In this document: one piece after another, positions 31,008 to 32,000 of the stretch
Layout of the letters: each line of letters begins with the position of its first letter
Position numbering within the stretch: the stretch's first letter is position 1
Notes under the pieces: generated by a model
What the model saw: only the letters and a program-made list of their open reading frames with translations
Told to the model about the DNA's origin: nothing
Database searches by the model: none
Translations under genes and position numbers: made by a program
Source of the DNA: Candidatus Saccharimonadota bacterium
GTDB taxonomy: Bacteria; Pseudomonadota; Gammaproteobacteria; Enterobacterales; Enterobacteriaceae
Direction: 5' to 3'
Assembly: GCF_000973505.1 (NCBI RefSeq)
Contig: NZ_CP010048.1
Coordinates: forward strand, 600,001 to 632,000
Length of the DNA stretch: 32,000 nt

Positions 31008-32000
31008 CTAAATATATACTGGATAACGCTCACAAATATTTAACACATGTTTTTTAATAACATGCATGCAGTCCTTATCATTGATATTTTCTAACATATC
31101 GCATATCCAATCAGCAACATTAGATACATCATGAATACCCAACCCACGACGAGTAACTGCCGCAGTACCAATTCGTACTCCAGATGTAATATAGGGAGGA
31201 TGACAATCATTCGGAATAACATTTTTGTTAACAATGATATTAATTTCTCCTAAAATGCTTTCAGCTGCTCTTCCAGTTAAATTCTTATTCATTAAATCCA
31301 ACAAAAATAAATGATTACTAGTACAACCAGAAACCACTTTAAAGTTTCGAAATAAAAATACTTTAACCATAGCCTGTGAATTTTTAACAATCTGATGTTG
31401 ATATACTTTGAACTCATCGCTCATTGCTTCCCGTAAAGCAATCGCTTTAGCAGCAATAACATGCATTAATGGTCCACCTTGAGAACCAGGAAATACCGAA
31501 GAATCAATTTTTTTATATAATCTTTCATCACCGCATGACGATAAAATCAAACCACCCCTAGGACCAGCTAATGTTTTATGTGTAGTTGTAGTCACCACAT
31601 GAGCATACGGTAATGGATTAGGATATATATCAGCAACGACCAAACCAGCAACATGAGCCATATCAACTAATAAATAAGCGCCAACATTATCAGAAATTCT
31701 ACGCATCTCTTGCCAATCACAAATCCCAGAATAAGAAGAAAAACCGCCAATAATCATTTTAGGGCGATACATTTTTGACAAATCAAATAATCTCTCATAA
31801 TCAATATGCCCATTATTGTCTACACCATAAAAAACCGATCTATACAATTTTCCCGAAAAATTCACTGAAGAACCATGAGTTAAATGCCCACCATGCATTA
31901 AATCCATTCCTAAAATAACGTCACCAGGATTTAACAAAGCATTATAAACCGCAAAATTCGCTTGAGAACCTGAATGAGGTTGAACATTAACGTATTCAGC
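31008..32000 (-). CDS. glyA: Serine hydroxymethyltransferase (5' end lies beyond the window)
   Basis: The track ORF (31008-31937) starts at an internal TTG. The same frame continues to 32000 as ..[27 protein letters not shown].., matching E. coli Gly[28 protein letters not shown]. Downstream matches include [24 protein letters not shown] (PLP Lys), [18 protein letters not shown] and the C-terminal ICERYPVY. Confidence 0.95.
   Translation of the reverse strand, partial: AEYVNVQPHSGSQANFAVYNALLNPGDVILGMDLMHGGHLTHGSSVNFSGKLYRSVFYGVDNNGHIDYERLFDLSKMYRPKMIIGGFSSYSGICDWQEMRRISDNVGAYLLVDMAHVAGLVVADIYPNPLPYAHVVTTTTHKTLAGPRGGLILSSCGDERLYKKIDSSVFPGSQGGPLMHVIAAKAIALREAMSDEFKVYQHQIVKNSQAMVKVFLFRNFKVVSGCTSNHLFLLDLMNKNLTGRAAESILGEINIIVNKNVIPNDCHPPYITSGVRIGTAAVTRRGLGIHDVSNVADWICDMLENINDKDCMHVIKKHVLNICERYPVYI

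Noticed and set aside
1-32000. tRNA, rRNA, tmRNA, mobile elements, toxin-antitoxin or defence systems
   Set aside because: I scanned the spacers for G+C-containing islands of about 70 nt or more and for transposase, integrase or nuclease-like ORFs and found none. All ORFs over 200 aa are accounted for by conserved housekeeping or urease genes.

Overview
This 32-kb window is very AT-rich, has a strong strand skew, and looks like the reduced genome of an enterobacterial insect endosymbiont. The backbone is collinear, in order and orientation, with the E. coli K-12 interval talA-tktB ... dapE ... bamC-dapA ... upp ... guaA-guaB ... der-bamB-hisS-(ispG)-rodZ-rlmN-ndk ... iscS ... suhB ... glyA. 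Most intervening genes are deleted. Two blocks are added: a urease cluster (ureD-ureABC-ureFG) between upp and guaA, and mqo between guaB and der. Urease plus this synteny and composition makes a carpenter-ant Blochmannia-type symbiont my best guess, from memory and unverifiable here. I support 24 protein-coding genes (19 on the - strand, 5 on the + strand; glyA is cut by the window end). I found no tRNA, rRNA, CRISPR array, transposase, phage gene or recognisable defence/toxin system, so I do not think an undescribed multi-gene system is hidden here. The points of interest are products of genome erosion. (1) The urease cluster has intact catalytic ligands but an empty ureE slot. (2) BamC is reduced to about 86 aa, keeping only the lipoprotein signal and the N-terminal BamD-binding segment. 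(3) SuhB is full length but has lost three of four acidic metal ligands and fails both IMPase signature motifs. (4) iscS is an orphan without iscR/U/A-hscBA-fdx and has a shortened C-terminus. (5) ORF-free spacers sit where ispG and other genes lie in E. coli. (6) Spacers on the + strand are almost free of G, and protein composition differs by coding strand. Several ORF-track starts are TTG/GTG extensions, which I corrected to internal ATGs using homology.
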